DNA from: Candidatus Baldrarchaeota archaeon
GTDB taxonomy: Archaea; Asgardarchaeota; Baldrarchaeia; Baldrarchaeales; DXJG01
Length of the DNA stretch: 64,000 nt
Direction of reading: 5' to 3'
Assembly (NCBI GenBank): GCA_016840485.1
Contig: JAEOSG010000001.1
Coordinates: forward strand, 11,178 to 75,177
A program made the position numbers and the translations under genes. This document shows positions 48,007 through 57,260 of this stretch, piece after piece (positions within the stretch are counted from its first letter, which is position 1; each line of letters opens with the position of its first letter). Under the pieces are notes generated by a model. The model had not been told where the DNA came from. It searched no databases and saw only the letters and a program-made list of their open reading frames with translations.

Positions 48007-50019
48007 ATGTTGAAAGAGAGGATCGCCATGACTTCTTCAAGATATTTTAAAGAACCAAAAGAGGGTAGTGATACTGTAAAAATATTATTGGCTGGTAATC
48101 CTAATACCGGTAAATCTGTGTTCTTCAATAGAATTACAGGCATAGGGGTTATTGTTTCAAATTACCCTGGCACCACTGTTGAACTTATGGAGGGGAAAAC
48201 AAGATTTAATGGTAGAGAAATTACTGTTATTGATCTTCCTGGCACATATTCCCTTGGCGCCGGTTCCATGGATGAAAGAGTTGCCAGAGCAGCTATCTTG
48301 GAAGAAAAACCCGCTGTTGTTATCAATATTGTAGATGCTGCCAATCTCGAACGAAACCTATACTTAACTCTGCAACTCCTTGAACTCCGAATTCCAGTCG
48401 TTGTTGCACTAAACATGGTTGATGAAGCTAGAAAAAGAGGTATCGAAATAGATCACGAAAAACTTTCTGACCTTCTCGGCGTCCCTGTTATTCCAACAAT
48501 TGCAACACGAGGTGAAGGTATCAGAGAAGTTGTGGATACTGCTTTGAAAGTTTTTGATGGAAAACTGACAATTCGCCCCATGAAAGTACAATATGGACGT
48601 GATATTGAAGCTATAATTCATGAACTCGAAAAAATTGTAGAGAAGCGTTTGAAAATATTTCCAAAGAATATAAGTCCCAGAACTATTTCAATTCTTCTAT
48701 TGGAGGGAGATTCAGAGATTATAGAAGAAATAAAGAAAATAGATGAAAAAGTTATAAAAATCGCTAAGAGTTTTGCTAAAAAAGTTGAAGAATTACATGG
48801 TGAACCTGCTAGCTTAAGAATTGCTAAAGAAAGATACGGCGTCGCCCATAGTATAGCTAAAGCTGTAACAACTAGATATGAAAAGAAAATTTTACTTAGG
48901 GATAAGCTTGATGCCCTAACTACGAATGTGTATACTGGTTTTCCCATAATGATTTGTGTGTGGATAAGTTTATTTTCTCTCCTACTCTACGGCGGAAGTT
49001 TTTTGGAAGAACTAATAGTTTTCGGATGGGAAGGTTATGTTGCTCCACTTATTGAAAGAGGATTGTCCTATATCATTCCTAACGATTTCATTTATCAAAT
49101 CGTTAGCAGAGGTTTAATTCTAGGGTTAGAGGCAGGACTAGCTGTTGTAGTGCCTTATGTAACCCTATTTTATATAGCTTTAGCAGTTCTTGAAGACACT
49201 GGTTACCTTACACGCATGGCGTATCTTATGGACAATTTTATGCATAAAGTTGGGCTTCATGGAAGAGCTATAATCCCCCTCATAGCTGGTTATGGATGTA
49301 ATGTTCCGGCCATAATGGGTACAAGAGTCTTGGAAACTCGAAGAGAAAGAGTTTTAGCAGCTTTTCTTATAACCTTAATTCCTTGCTCTGCCAGAACTGT
49401 AGTTATATTAGGCTTGATAGGCCAGTACATAGGTCTACTTGCTGTCCTTTCTATCTATGCATTAAATTTAGGTATTATAGCTGCTTCAGGCTTCTTTTTA
49501 AACCGTATTATAAAAGGTGAAACCATTGGATTAGTTATGGAACTTCCACCCTACCGTATTCCGCATCCAATACCTGTTTTAAAGAAAACTTGGATTAGAT
49601 TTAGAGAATTTGTATACATAGCCTTCCCACTACTTATTTTAGGTAGCTTAGTCCTTAGTACTCTTGAATATTCCGGCGCTATCCAACCCGTTGTTTTCTT
49701 AATGAGCCCGATAGTTGTTGGAATACTTGGTCTCCCAGCCCTAACAGGAATAACACTAGTTTTTGGAGTTCTTAGGAAAGAAATGACATTAGAAATGCTC
49801 ATAGTACTATTCGGAACCACGGATTTTCTAGCAATAATGAACATAACCCAAATGATCATCTTTACGATAGTAGTTACACTTTACTTCCCATGCATCGCAA
49901 CTTTCGCAGTCCTAGGTAAAGAACTAGGCTGGAAAACCGCCATCCTAATAGCAATATCAACAATCATTCTAGCAATAACTATCGGAGGAATAACCAATTT
50001 CATACTTACACATCTCTAA
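48007..50019 (+). CDS. feoB: ferrous iron transporter FeoB
   Basis: G domain has GNPNTGKS, DLPGTYS and NMVDEA. A large polytopic C-terminal domain follows. The start may be ATG 48028. Confidence 0.9.
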   Translation: MLKERIAMTSSRYFKEPKEGSDTVKILLAGNPNTGKSVFFNRITGIGVIVSNYPGTTVELMEGKTRFNGREITVIDLPGTYSLGAGSMDERVARAAILEEKPAVVINIVDAANLERNLYLTLQLLELRIPVVVALNMVDEARKRGIEIDHEKLSDLLGVPVIPTIATRGEGIREVVDTALKVFDGKLTIRPMKVQYGRDIEAIIHELEKIVEKRLKIFPKNISPRTISILLLEGDSEIIEEIKKIDEKVIKIAKSFAKKVEELHGEPASLRIAKERYGVAHSIAKAVTTRYEKKILLRDKLDALTTNVYTGFPIMICVWISLFSLLLYGGSFLEELIVFGWEGYVAPLIERGLSYIIPNDFIYQIVSRGLILGLEAGLAVVVPYVTLFYIALAVLEDTGYLTRMAYLMDNFMHKVGLHGRAIIPLIAGYGCNVPAIMGTRVLETRRERVLAAFLITLIPCSARTVVILGLIGQYIGLLAVLSIYALNLGIIAASGFFLNRIIKGETIGLVMELPPYRIPHPIPVLKKTWIRFREFVYIAFPLLILGSLVLSTLEYSGAIQPVVFLMSPIVVGILGLPALTGITLVFGVLRKEMTLEMLIVLFGTTDFLAIMNITQMIIFTIVVTLYFPCIATFAVLGKELGWKTAILIAISTIILAITIGGITNFILTHL

Positions 50020-50073
50020 ACATCAAATAACGCCATTTAGAAAAATTTTGCACTTCATATACACTTCCATTTT

Positions 50074-50244
50074 ATGCGATATGTGGGTGATGTAATCTTG
50101 CCAAAAGAGAAAACGTATCGGTGTCCTCTTTGTGGCTTTAAATTTACCGAAAAATCAGCAAAAGATTGTATAAATTGTCCATTAGCAGCAAAATGCGGCC
50201 TGATTAGGTGTCCTAACTGTGGATACGAATTCCCCAAAATTTAA
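50074..50244 (+). CDS. small Cys-rich zinc-ribbon-like protein (56 aa)
   Basis: MRYVGDVILPKEKTYRCPLCGFKF...CINCPLAAKCGLIRCPNCGYEF has 7 Cys including two CPxCG knuckles. Below the ORF-track size cutoff. Confidence 0.4.
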   Translation: MRYVGDVILPKEKTYRCPLCGFKFTEKSAKDCINCPLAAKCGLIRCPNCGYEFPKI

Positions 50245-50413
50245 CTCTCTCAGTTTTCTTCCTTCAATTTTCTTCTGACCAGCAACCATTGGTCAGATTT
50301 GAAGTAAACATTATTTTCATCATAATAACGTTGAGATTTTTGAGAGTAAAAATATATAAATGCTACACTGATCGAAAGATAATTACTCAGCTTATGGGGT
50401 TGGCGAATCAGAT

Positions 50414-51517
50414 ATGAAGTCTCCAGAGAATTTTGCCTTGTATCGGGATAGGAAACTTGTAGAAAAGGTAGCAGAAAAGATAAGGGAAGCTGCAGGCGGG
50501 GAAAGTTTCAAATTTATGCATGTTTGTGGAACGCATGAAGATACGATTTCACGTTTTGGACTTAGAACAATACTACCTGAAAACGTTAAAGTTATTGCGG
50601 GCCCTGGTTGCCCTGTATGTGTAACACCACCTGAAGTTATCTCTGCTGCAATTGAGCTTTCTAAACTTGATGATGTTATCCTAGCAACTTACGGAGATAT
50701 GGCGCATGTCCCAAGCCCAAAAGGGTCCCTTGTTCAAGCTAGAGCAAAAGGCGGAGATGTTCACATAGTTTACAGCATTATGGATGCCGTTAAGCTAGCT
50801 AATAAAAGGAAGGATAAGCAAATTGTTCATTTTGCCATAGGTTTTGAAACAACAGCTCCATCAACAGCAGCAACTCTTCTCAACAATCCACCAGAAAACT
50901 TCTCAGTATTAACTTATCACTTGCTAATTCCACCTGCAATAGATTTCCTACTAAGTCTTGGAGAAGTTAAGTTAGATGGTTTTATTCTTCCAGGACATGT
51001 TTCCACAATTATCGGCTCAAATGCCTACAAGTATATTTCAGAAAAATGGCATATCCCTCAGGTTGTTGCGGGATTTGAACCATTAGATGTCCTTGTTGGA
51101 ATTTACATGTTATTAAAGCAGATAAGGGAAGGTAGAGCTGAAGTTGAAAATGAATACGTTCGAGCTGTCAGGCCTGAAGGCAATGTTAAAGCTAAAGAAA
51201 TGATGAAAAAAGTTTTTGACGTGGTTGATGCAAGGTGGAGAGGTATAGGTACCATACCTCGCTCAGGATTTAAACTTAAGAAGGGGTTCGAAAATTTTGA
51301 TGCTAGCAAAAAATTTGAAATCGCATTTGAAGAATTTAAGCAAGATTTACATCCAGGCTGCAAATGTGGAGAAATCCTCCGAGGCCTAGCACAACCCGAA
51401 GACTGCCCACTTTTTGCTAAGGTATGCACACCACTACACCCAATAGGTCCATGCATGGTTAGTAGAGAAGGCACGTGCGCAATAATCTACAAATACTCTC
51501 GATTCAAAAATAAGTAA
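50414..51517 (+). CDS. hypD: [NiFe]-hydrogenase maturation protein HypD
   Basis: HVCGTHE, GPGCPVCVT, GFETTAPS, PGHVS, and C-terminal PIGPCMVSREGTC. Confidence 0.9.
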   Translation: MKSPENFALYRDRKLVEKVAEKIREAAGGESFKFMHVCGTHEDTISRFGLRTILPENVKVIAGPGCPVCVTPPEVISAAIELSKLDDVILATYGDMAHVPSPKGSLVQARAKGGDVHIVYSIMDAVKLANKRKDKQIVHFAIGFETTAPSTAATLLNNPPENFSVLTYHLLIPPAIDFLLSLGEVKLDGFILPGHVSTIIGSNAYKYISEKWHIPQVVAGFEPLDVLVGIYMLLKQIREGRAEVENEYVRAVRPEGNVKAKEMMKKVFDVVDARWRGIGTIPRSGFKLKKGFENFDASKKFEIAFEEFKQDLHPGCKCGEILRGLAQPEDCPLFAKVCTPLHPIGPCMVSREGTCAIIYKYSRFKNK

Positions 51518-51625
51518 GCACAAAATTTTTCTCTTAAAATGTTAAAATTCTCCAAAAGCGCATGCTTCTACAAACCTGTTGCAAAAAAGGGAAGTTTTAA
51601 GAAACTATTAACCTAAAAACAATAT

Positions 51626-51723
51626 GGGCCCGTAGCCTAGCAGGATATGGCGCCGGCCTTCGGATAGGATTGTATCCACTAGGGGAAAGCCGGAGGTCCC
51701 GGGTTCGAATCCCGGCGGGCCCA
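51626..51723 (+). tRNA. tRNA-Arg(UCG) with 24-nt intron at the canonical 37/38 site; CCA encoded at 51724-51726
   Basis: Manual fold gives acceptor GGGCCCG/CGGGCCC, anticodon stem CCGGC/GCCGG and loop CUUCGG[intron 51664-51687]A. The T arm is CCGGG-UUCGAAU-CCCGG. Confidence 0.9.
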
Positions 51724-51843
51724 CCACACTTTTAAATAAAATATGAAAATTATTTTTCCTTTAATCATAATTCGAATACGTGCTTTATTTTAACCAATGG
51801 CAAGGCTGAGATAAAGCATATAAGGATAATTTATGTTTTCTGA

Positions 51844-52470
51844 ATGTGCTTTAATGATGGAGGATGTAAATTGGTTGGTGGCAAGCTAGCTGATATACTC
51901 TCTCATGCACTTTCAGCACCACTTTTTGCTCTATACTCTCTTATCATAATTTATGCTGCTAATAGTGCAGCTTATAGCCCTTTACCTGCATGTATAGCCC
52001 TCTTAATCGGTGGAGTTTTTCTAGCAATACTGCCAATTGCTCCACTCACTTTAAATGTACTAAAGGGAAACATCGATGTATTTATTTCAGATAGGAAAAG
52101 AAGACCAAAATTTTACTCATATGCTATATTAAGCTATCTTGCGGGAGCTTTAATTTCACATATTTTAAGAGTAAAGATTCTAACAATAATTCATCTAGCT
52201 TACTTTTTTGTTACATTGTCGGTAATGATAATAAATTTTAAAACCAAAATTAGCGCTCATGCTTCAGGAATAGCGGGACCAGTAACTTATATCGTATTTT
52301 TCTTAGGATTATCATATGCTTTTTTATATTTAATTCTTATACCAGTTGCATGGGCGAGAATTAAACTTAAAGCTCATACGATACAGCAAATAATCTTAGG
52401 AACTATTGTGGCTATAATAGTTACTTTCCTAACATGTTTTATAACACATGATGTCCTATTGTACCAGTAA
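51844..52470 (+). CDS. PAP2-like polytopic membrane protein
   Basis: Degenerate PAP2 motifs are DRKRRP, ISAHASG and RIKLKAHTIQQIILG. About 6 TM helices. Confidence 0.4.
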   Translation: MCFNDGGCKLVGGKLADILSHALSAPLFALYSLIIIYAANSAAYSPLPACIALLIGGVFLAILPIAPLTLNVLKGNIDVFISDRKRRPKFYSYAILSYLAGALISHILRVKILTIIHLAYFFVTLSVMIINFKTKISAHASGIAGPVTYIVFFLGLSYAFLYLILIPVAWARIKLKAHTIQQIILGTIVAIIVTFLTCFITHDVLLYQ

Positions 52471-52484
52471 AACTAAATACAAGT

Positions 52485-53699
52485 TTGATTTTGAGACAAC
52501 TTGCAGATAGCATCACTCCCATTATTAGAATACAAGCTAAGGTGGTCCTTAAGTTGAGGGTTAAAATAGTGATTGTCGGCGGCGGGATCGTGGGGTTAAC
52601 TACAGCATATAATCTCGTGAAACTTGGAGAAAATGATGTGGTAGTTCTAGAACAGAAGTATATTGCTTACGGTTCTAGCACTAGAAATGCTGGACACTTT
52701 AGAGTGCATTTTTGGGCTCCTGAAAATACCCGTTTTGCTATTGAGGCTCGAAAAAGACTTTTAGATTTTGTTTCCAAAATCAGATGGAACGCAGAAATCG
52801 ATTTAGGAGGATATTTATGGCTTCTATACAAGGAAGAACACGTTAAAGCTTATGAACGAAGCAATAGGGAAATTTGGAGCAAATTCGATGTCAGCGGCAA
52901 AATCTTGACACCGGAGGAAATATCCGAGCTTTTCCCCTATATTAACCTAGAGGGAGTTATTGCTGGTTTTTATGGTCCACAAGATGGAAAAATGAATCCT
53001 AATGCCATTGTTTTTGGATATTACGAAAAAGCAAGGGAAATGGGGGTCAAATTCTTACCTTATACAAGGGTTGAAAAAATAATAGTTGATAATAACAAGG
53101 TTCGGGGAGTTCAAACAAATAAAGGTGTCATTGAAAGTGAAAAAGTCTTAGTTGCCGCCGGAGGCTGGAGCACAAAGCTTCTAAAAAGCATTGGGGTAGA
53201 TTTACCAATCGAAGTTGAAAGAAAGGAAATAGGCGTAACTGAACCAATAAACTATTTCATAAAACCTTTCATAATAAGTTTGAAAAGCGGCGTTTACGTT
53301 GGTCAAATGGTGAGAGGAGAAGTTCTAGGAAGTATAGACTACCCAGTTGTTAAAGGACTTACACCTTTTAACACCACCCTTGACTGGATTCATAAATGGT
53401 CTGAAAACGCCGTTGAAGTTGTACCTCAGATTAAGCATTTAATGTTTCTAAGAACGTGGTCAGGTTACTATGTTGTAACTCCAGATCACAGTCACATTTT
53501 GGGTAGGGATCCTGAATGGCCTGAAAACCTTTATGTAGCAACAGGGTTTAGCGGACATGGGTTCATGATGGCACCATTTGCTGGCGAAGTTATGGCCAAA
53601 AATCTCCTATACGATGAAATAGATGAACTTATGAAACCTTACTTGCCAACAAGGTTTAAAGAAGAAAAACTAATTCACGAAACGATGGTCATAGGATGA
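52485..53699 (+). CDS. FAD-dependent oxidoreductase, sarcosine-oxidase-beta / proline dehydrogenase beta-like
   Basis: KIVIVGGGIVGLTTAYNL dinucleotide fold. C-terminal motif is GFSGHGFMMAP. The start probably lies at 52542-52554. Confidence 0.8.
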   Translation: MILRQLADSITPIIRIQAKVVLKLRVKIVIVGGGIVGLTTAYNLVKLGENDVVVLEQKYIAYGSSTRNAGHFRVHFWAPENTRFAIEARKRLLDFVSKIRWNAEIDLGGYLWLLYKEEHVKAYERSNREIWSKFDVSGKILTPEEISELFPYINLEGVIAGFYGPQDGKMNPNAIVFGYYEKAREMGVKFLPYTRVEKIIVDNNKVRGVQTNKGVIESEKVLVAAGGWSTKLLKSIGVDLPIEVERKEIGVTEPINYFIKPFIISLKSGVYVGQMVRGEVLGSIDYPVVKGLTPFNTTLDWIHKWSENAVEVVPQIKHLMFLRTWSGYYVVTPDHSHILGRDPEWPENLYVATGFSGHGFMMAPFAGEVMAKNLLYDEIDELMKPYLPTRFKEEKLIHETMVIG

Positions 53700-53744
53700 C
53701 ATACTTAATTTGTATGCTAAGTGTAATTTTTGAGTATGCAAGTC

Positions 53745-54044
53745 CTACTGTTTGTTTTTACGTTTAATTCCAGCAAAAAGAGCTACTGGGACTGGTCTTA
53801 TCGGTGGACGAACTCTTGGAAGCTCTATTTCATTTACTGGTTTTCCAGTTTTCCTAGATATTATTGACAATATAAGCCTTGTACATGTCCTGCCTTGGCA
53901 AGCTCCTGTTCCACACCTAAGTATACGTTTAATTTCCTCCAAAGTAGTATATCCCTCGTCAATAACTTTCTCAATTTCTTCTAAAGTTACGTCTTCACAT
54001 CTACAAATTATAATATTTTTCTTACTTATTTCTTCATCATTCAT
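53745..54044 (-). CDS. BFD-like [2Fe-2S]-binding small subunit
   Basis: ICRCEDVT...RCGTGACQGRTC. Confidence 0.75.
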   Translation of the reverse strand: MNDEEISKKNIIICRCEDVTLEEIEKVIDEGYTTLEEIKRILRCGTGACQGRTCTRLILSIISRKTGKPVNEIELPRVRPPIRPVPVALFAGIKRKNKQ

Positions 54045-54553
54045 TCAATTTTCCTCCCAATATTTCTAACAACCATAGCTAAATCTTTCTTTACTGCAAC
54101 TGTCACCACGGTTGTCTTATCTTTCATTCTCCTCACGGAAACCACTTTAGCTTTTCCTACTGGTTTACCTTCACGATCTAATGCTTCGAATATTTCTCCC
54201 TTTTCTGGTATCGGTAAAAGTTCATAAGGAATAGTCACCAGAGCTTCTTCTTCTCTATATTTGAGATTAACCACAAAAATGGCTAATCCCGGACAAACTG
54301 CTACACATTCCCCGCAACCCGTACATTTATCGTAATCTACCTCTGGTGGCTCGACAAGAGAAGGTTTTTTAATCGCGCCGAATCTGCAAACATGAGCACA
54401 TGGATCACAAGGGATCTTTTGAATACATTCAATGATCACAACAGGGCCTTTTTCAAGTCTTTCTTTGGGAGGTAAGCGATCTTTTAAATCTTCAAGGGTT
54501 AATACTCCCGTTGCTTCATAGTTACTCACTTTAATTCCCTCCACATTTTCCAA
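54041..54553 (-). CDS. ferredoxin-like 4Fe-4S subunit
   Basis: CDPCAHVC and CTGCGECVAVCP. ATGA overlap with the downstream gene. Confidence 0.7.
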   Translation of the reverse strand: MENVEGIKVSNYEATGVLTLEDLKDRLPPKERLEKGPVVIIECIQKIPCDPCAHVCRFGAIKKPSLVEPPEVDYDKCTGCGECVAVCPGLAIFVVNLKYREEEALVTIPYELLPIPEKGEIFEALDREGKPVGKAKVVSVRRMKDKTTVVTVAVKKDLAMVVRNIGRKIE

Positions 54554-55965
54554 ACCCTTTCCTTACCCTTTAAAACCCTTTCACTAAACGGGTTTTTTCT
54601 CAAAGCGTTCAGATGTTTAAAGGATTCCTCTCTAAGTTTTTCAGCTCTACTTCTTTCTTTTCCAAACTCTATTGCTACATTTGCTCCCGCTATTCTTCCC
54701 TCCATCATTGCCGTACTTGCTTCTTCTATACCTGAAACATCACCGGCAAGATACACACCATCGATAGTTGTTTCCAAGTCTTCACTATGTATCGCTACCG
54801 GGCCACCAAGCTCAGGTATATATGCCTTTTCACATCCGGCCTGGAACAGAAGTTCCGAAGAAGGTGTTAACCCTACGGCCAAACATATTAAATCTACATC
54901 AATTTCCTGTTCCGTCCCCTCTATGGGTTGCCAATTTTCATCTAACTTCACAATTACTGCTCCTTCAACGTAATCTTTACCTTTAGCAGCACTAATAGTG
55001 TGTCTTGTTAATATGGGGACTCCCAGCCTTCTAAGTTTAGATGCATGAACTAAGTAGCCTCCAATTTTAGGCATTGCTTCAACAACCATCTTAACATTTA
55101 CACCAGCTTGAACAAGTTGGTAACCAACTATTAAACCAACATTACCAGCACCAACAATTAAAGCATCATTACCAGGCTTCACACCATAGACGTTCATAAG
55201 TGTTTGGACTCCTCCAGCGCCATAAACCCCTGGCAAATCGTTATTAGGGAAAGGCAGCATGTTTTCTTGAGCACCAGTTGCAACAATTACGTTACGAGTA
55301 GTTACTTCAATGAGTTTTCGATTCTCCTGAACAACAGCTAATACGGGTCTTTTATTCTCATAGTATCCTATAACGCTAGCATTAAGCACCCACTTCACAT
55401 TAGACTTTTTAAGCTCCCTAAGAAGAATTTTAGCGATCTCAACTCCTCTAACACCAGCATAATTATCCCTGGAGCCGAAAAACTTATGTGTTTGTTTTAT
55501 CAACTGTCCTCCAGCTCTAGGATTTTCGTCGACAAGATATACGTCCACGCCCAAATTAGCAGCTGCAATTGCAGCCGATAAACCTGCAGGCCCTCCTCCA
55601 ACAACTACAAGATCGGTGTTCAATTTTTCTTCTTCAACTTCTATCTCAGTTGTAATAGGTGGTTCTCCACGTCCCTTTTCATACTCAATTTTCATCCCGT
55701 CTTTAACAAGGGTTACACAAGTTCTAACATGCGGTATTCCATTAACACGCATAAGACAAGAAGAACACTTACCTATACCGCAGAAAAACCCCCTAGACCT
55801 ATGATATTTAACACTCTTAGAGTATATTTTTATTCCGGAAGCATAAAGCGCTGCTGCTATAGTTTCCCCTTCATATGCATCGATTTTTTTATCTTCGAGA
55901 TAAATATGCACCCGTTTATCACGTTTAAATTCTAATATCGGGTGTTTCCATATTCTTAAGTCCAT
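54526..55965 (-). CDS. NAD/FAD-dependent oxidoreductase alpha subunit with N-terminal 2Fe-2S-like domain (SoxA/PDH alpha-like)
   Basis: FCGIGKCSSCLMRVNG and two dinucleotide folds (VVVGGGPAGLSAA, LIVGAGNVGL). The start is taken at MDLRIW. Confidence 0.8.
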   Translation of the reverse strand: MDLRIWKHPILEFKRDKRVHIYLEDKKIDAYEGETIAAALYASGIKIYSKSVKYHRSRGFFCGIGKCSSCLMRVNGIPHVRTCVTLVKDGMKIEYEKGRGEPPITTEIEVEEEKLNTDLVVVGGGPAGLSAAIAAANLGVDVYLVDENPRAGGQLIKQTHKFFGSRDNYAGVRGVEIAKILLRELKKSNVKWVLNASVIGYYENKRPVLAVVQENRKLIEVTTRNVIVATGAQENMLPFPNNDLPGVYGAGGVQTLMNVYGVKPGNDALIVGAGNVGLIVGYQLVQAGVNVKMVVEAMPKIGGYLVHASKLRRLGVPILTRHTISAAKGKDYVEGAVIVKLDENWQPIEGTEQEIDVDLICLAVGLTPSSELLFQAGCEKAYIPELGGPVAIHSEDLETTIDGVYLAGDVSGIEEASTAMMEGRIAGANVAIEFGKERSRAEKLREESFKHLNALRKNPFSERVLKGKERVWKMWRELK

Positions 55966-56308
55966 GGCGACTTCCATCCCAAAACTAATTGAACAAGAAT
56001 ACATTAAGTTGGTACTCGTTTAAAGATTTAGTTGTCAAGTTGCTGTTTTTCACGAATTATTCTACCATGATTCTGTAGATTAATCCCTGCGAGAGTTAGT
56101 TATTATTAAAAGACTAATCATTAAGTTTTACTTTAATCTAAATGACGTTTAGCCATTACAAAATATGGACTTAACAGTTTCATTTATTTCAAATAAATCA
56201 GAAATTTTAAATATTAATTCACGGTAATTCTAAAAGTCTCAGTTAAGCAAATGTTATTGAACGCTGTAATAATCCTTCTTTACTGCAATAGTTTTAGGAG
56301 GAACGACT

Positions 56309-57241
56309 GTGAGAAAGGGAGAGATTGCAATCAAAGCCAGCAGATATATCGTTCAGATTTTCTTCTTCGTATTATTCAACATATATCTATTTGAACTGAT
56401 TCCTCATATTGGAGGTTACCTCTCCATTCTTAAACAAATCGATTTAAGAAATTTCCCACTGCCAATAGATTTTGATTCACAATATGCAAATGTTGCAAAT
56501 GCCTTCACCGTTATGCAGCTTATGATTGCAACTCTCTGGTTCCCAGCCTTAACAATAGGTTTAACCATACTAATCTCCATAATTTTTGGTCGAGCTGCAT
56601 GTGGATGGTTATGCCCTTTCGGATTCGTACAAGACTTACTCAGAGCACTCCCAGCAAAGAAGGTAAAAGTTTCTCAACCAGTAAACAGAGCCCTAGCAGA
56701 AATAAAATATTATGTGTTACTCTTCACCATTGTTATAGTTTCTCTTTTCGCATTAGCAGAGATTTATGATATAAAAGATTTATCAAAAGCACTGGGCGAC
56801 TTTGGTAAAGCACCATATACAACTCTAAGCCCATCCAGCACACTATTTGGACTAATACCAGTAATGATTGTTGAAAGAAAATTCATAGAACTTGGTGATC
56901 ACATATGGGAATTATTTACATTAAATCGACTATTCTGGCTGAGAATAAGTATTCTGGTATTCGCGATAATTATATCCATTTACATACCGAGGGCGTGGTG
57001 TAGATGGTTTTGCCCCATTGGTGCTTTTCAAGCAATCTTCAGCAAGTATAGTTTGCTTGGCATTGGAAGAAAACCAGCCAGATGTCTTGGAGAAAAATGT
57101 AGGCTCTGTGAAAAAGCTTGTCCAATGGCTATAAGAATTCTCGAAGAGCCTTGGCAAAAAATCAGAAACAGAGAATGTATAAATTGCCTACTATGTAAAG
57201 CAACTTGTCCAGAGGGCGCCATAAAAATAGTTTTCCCATAA
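56309..57241 (+). CDS. membrane-bound polyferredoxin (NapH/COG0348-like)
   Basis: CGWLCPFGFVQD and CRWFCPIGA membrane motifs. C-terminal clusters are CRLCEKACP and CINCLLCKATCP. Confidence 0.65.
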   Translation: MRKGEIAIKASRYIVQIFFFVLFNIYLFELIPHIGGYLSILKQIDLRNFPLPIDFDSQYANVANAFTVMQLMIATLWFPALTIGLTILISIIFGRAACGWLCPFGFVQDLLRALPAKKVKVSQPVNRALAEIKYYVLLFTIVIVSLFALAEIYDIKDLSKALGDFGKAPYTTLSPSSTLFGLIPVMIVERKFIELGDHIWELFTLNRLFWLRISILVFAIIISIYIPRAWCRWFCPIGAFQAIFSKYSLLGIGRKPARCLGEKCRLCEKACPMAIRILEEPWQKIRNRECINCLLCKATCPEGAIKIVFP

Positions 57242-57260
57242 AAAATAAATAAAAGGTTGA

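Noticed and set aside
50055-50237. 60-aa minus-strand track ORF downstream of feoB
   Set aside because: The opposite strand encodes a Cys-knuckle peptide co-oriented with feoB, while this ORF has no features.
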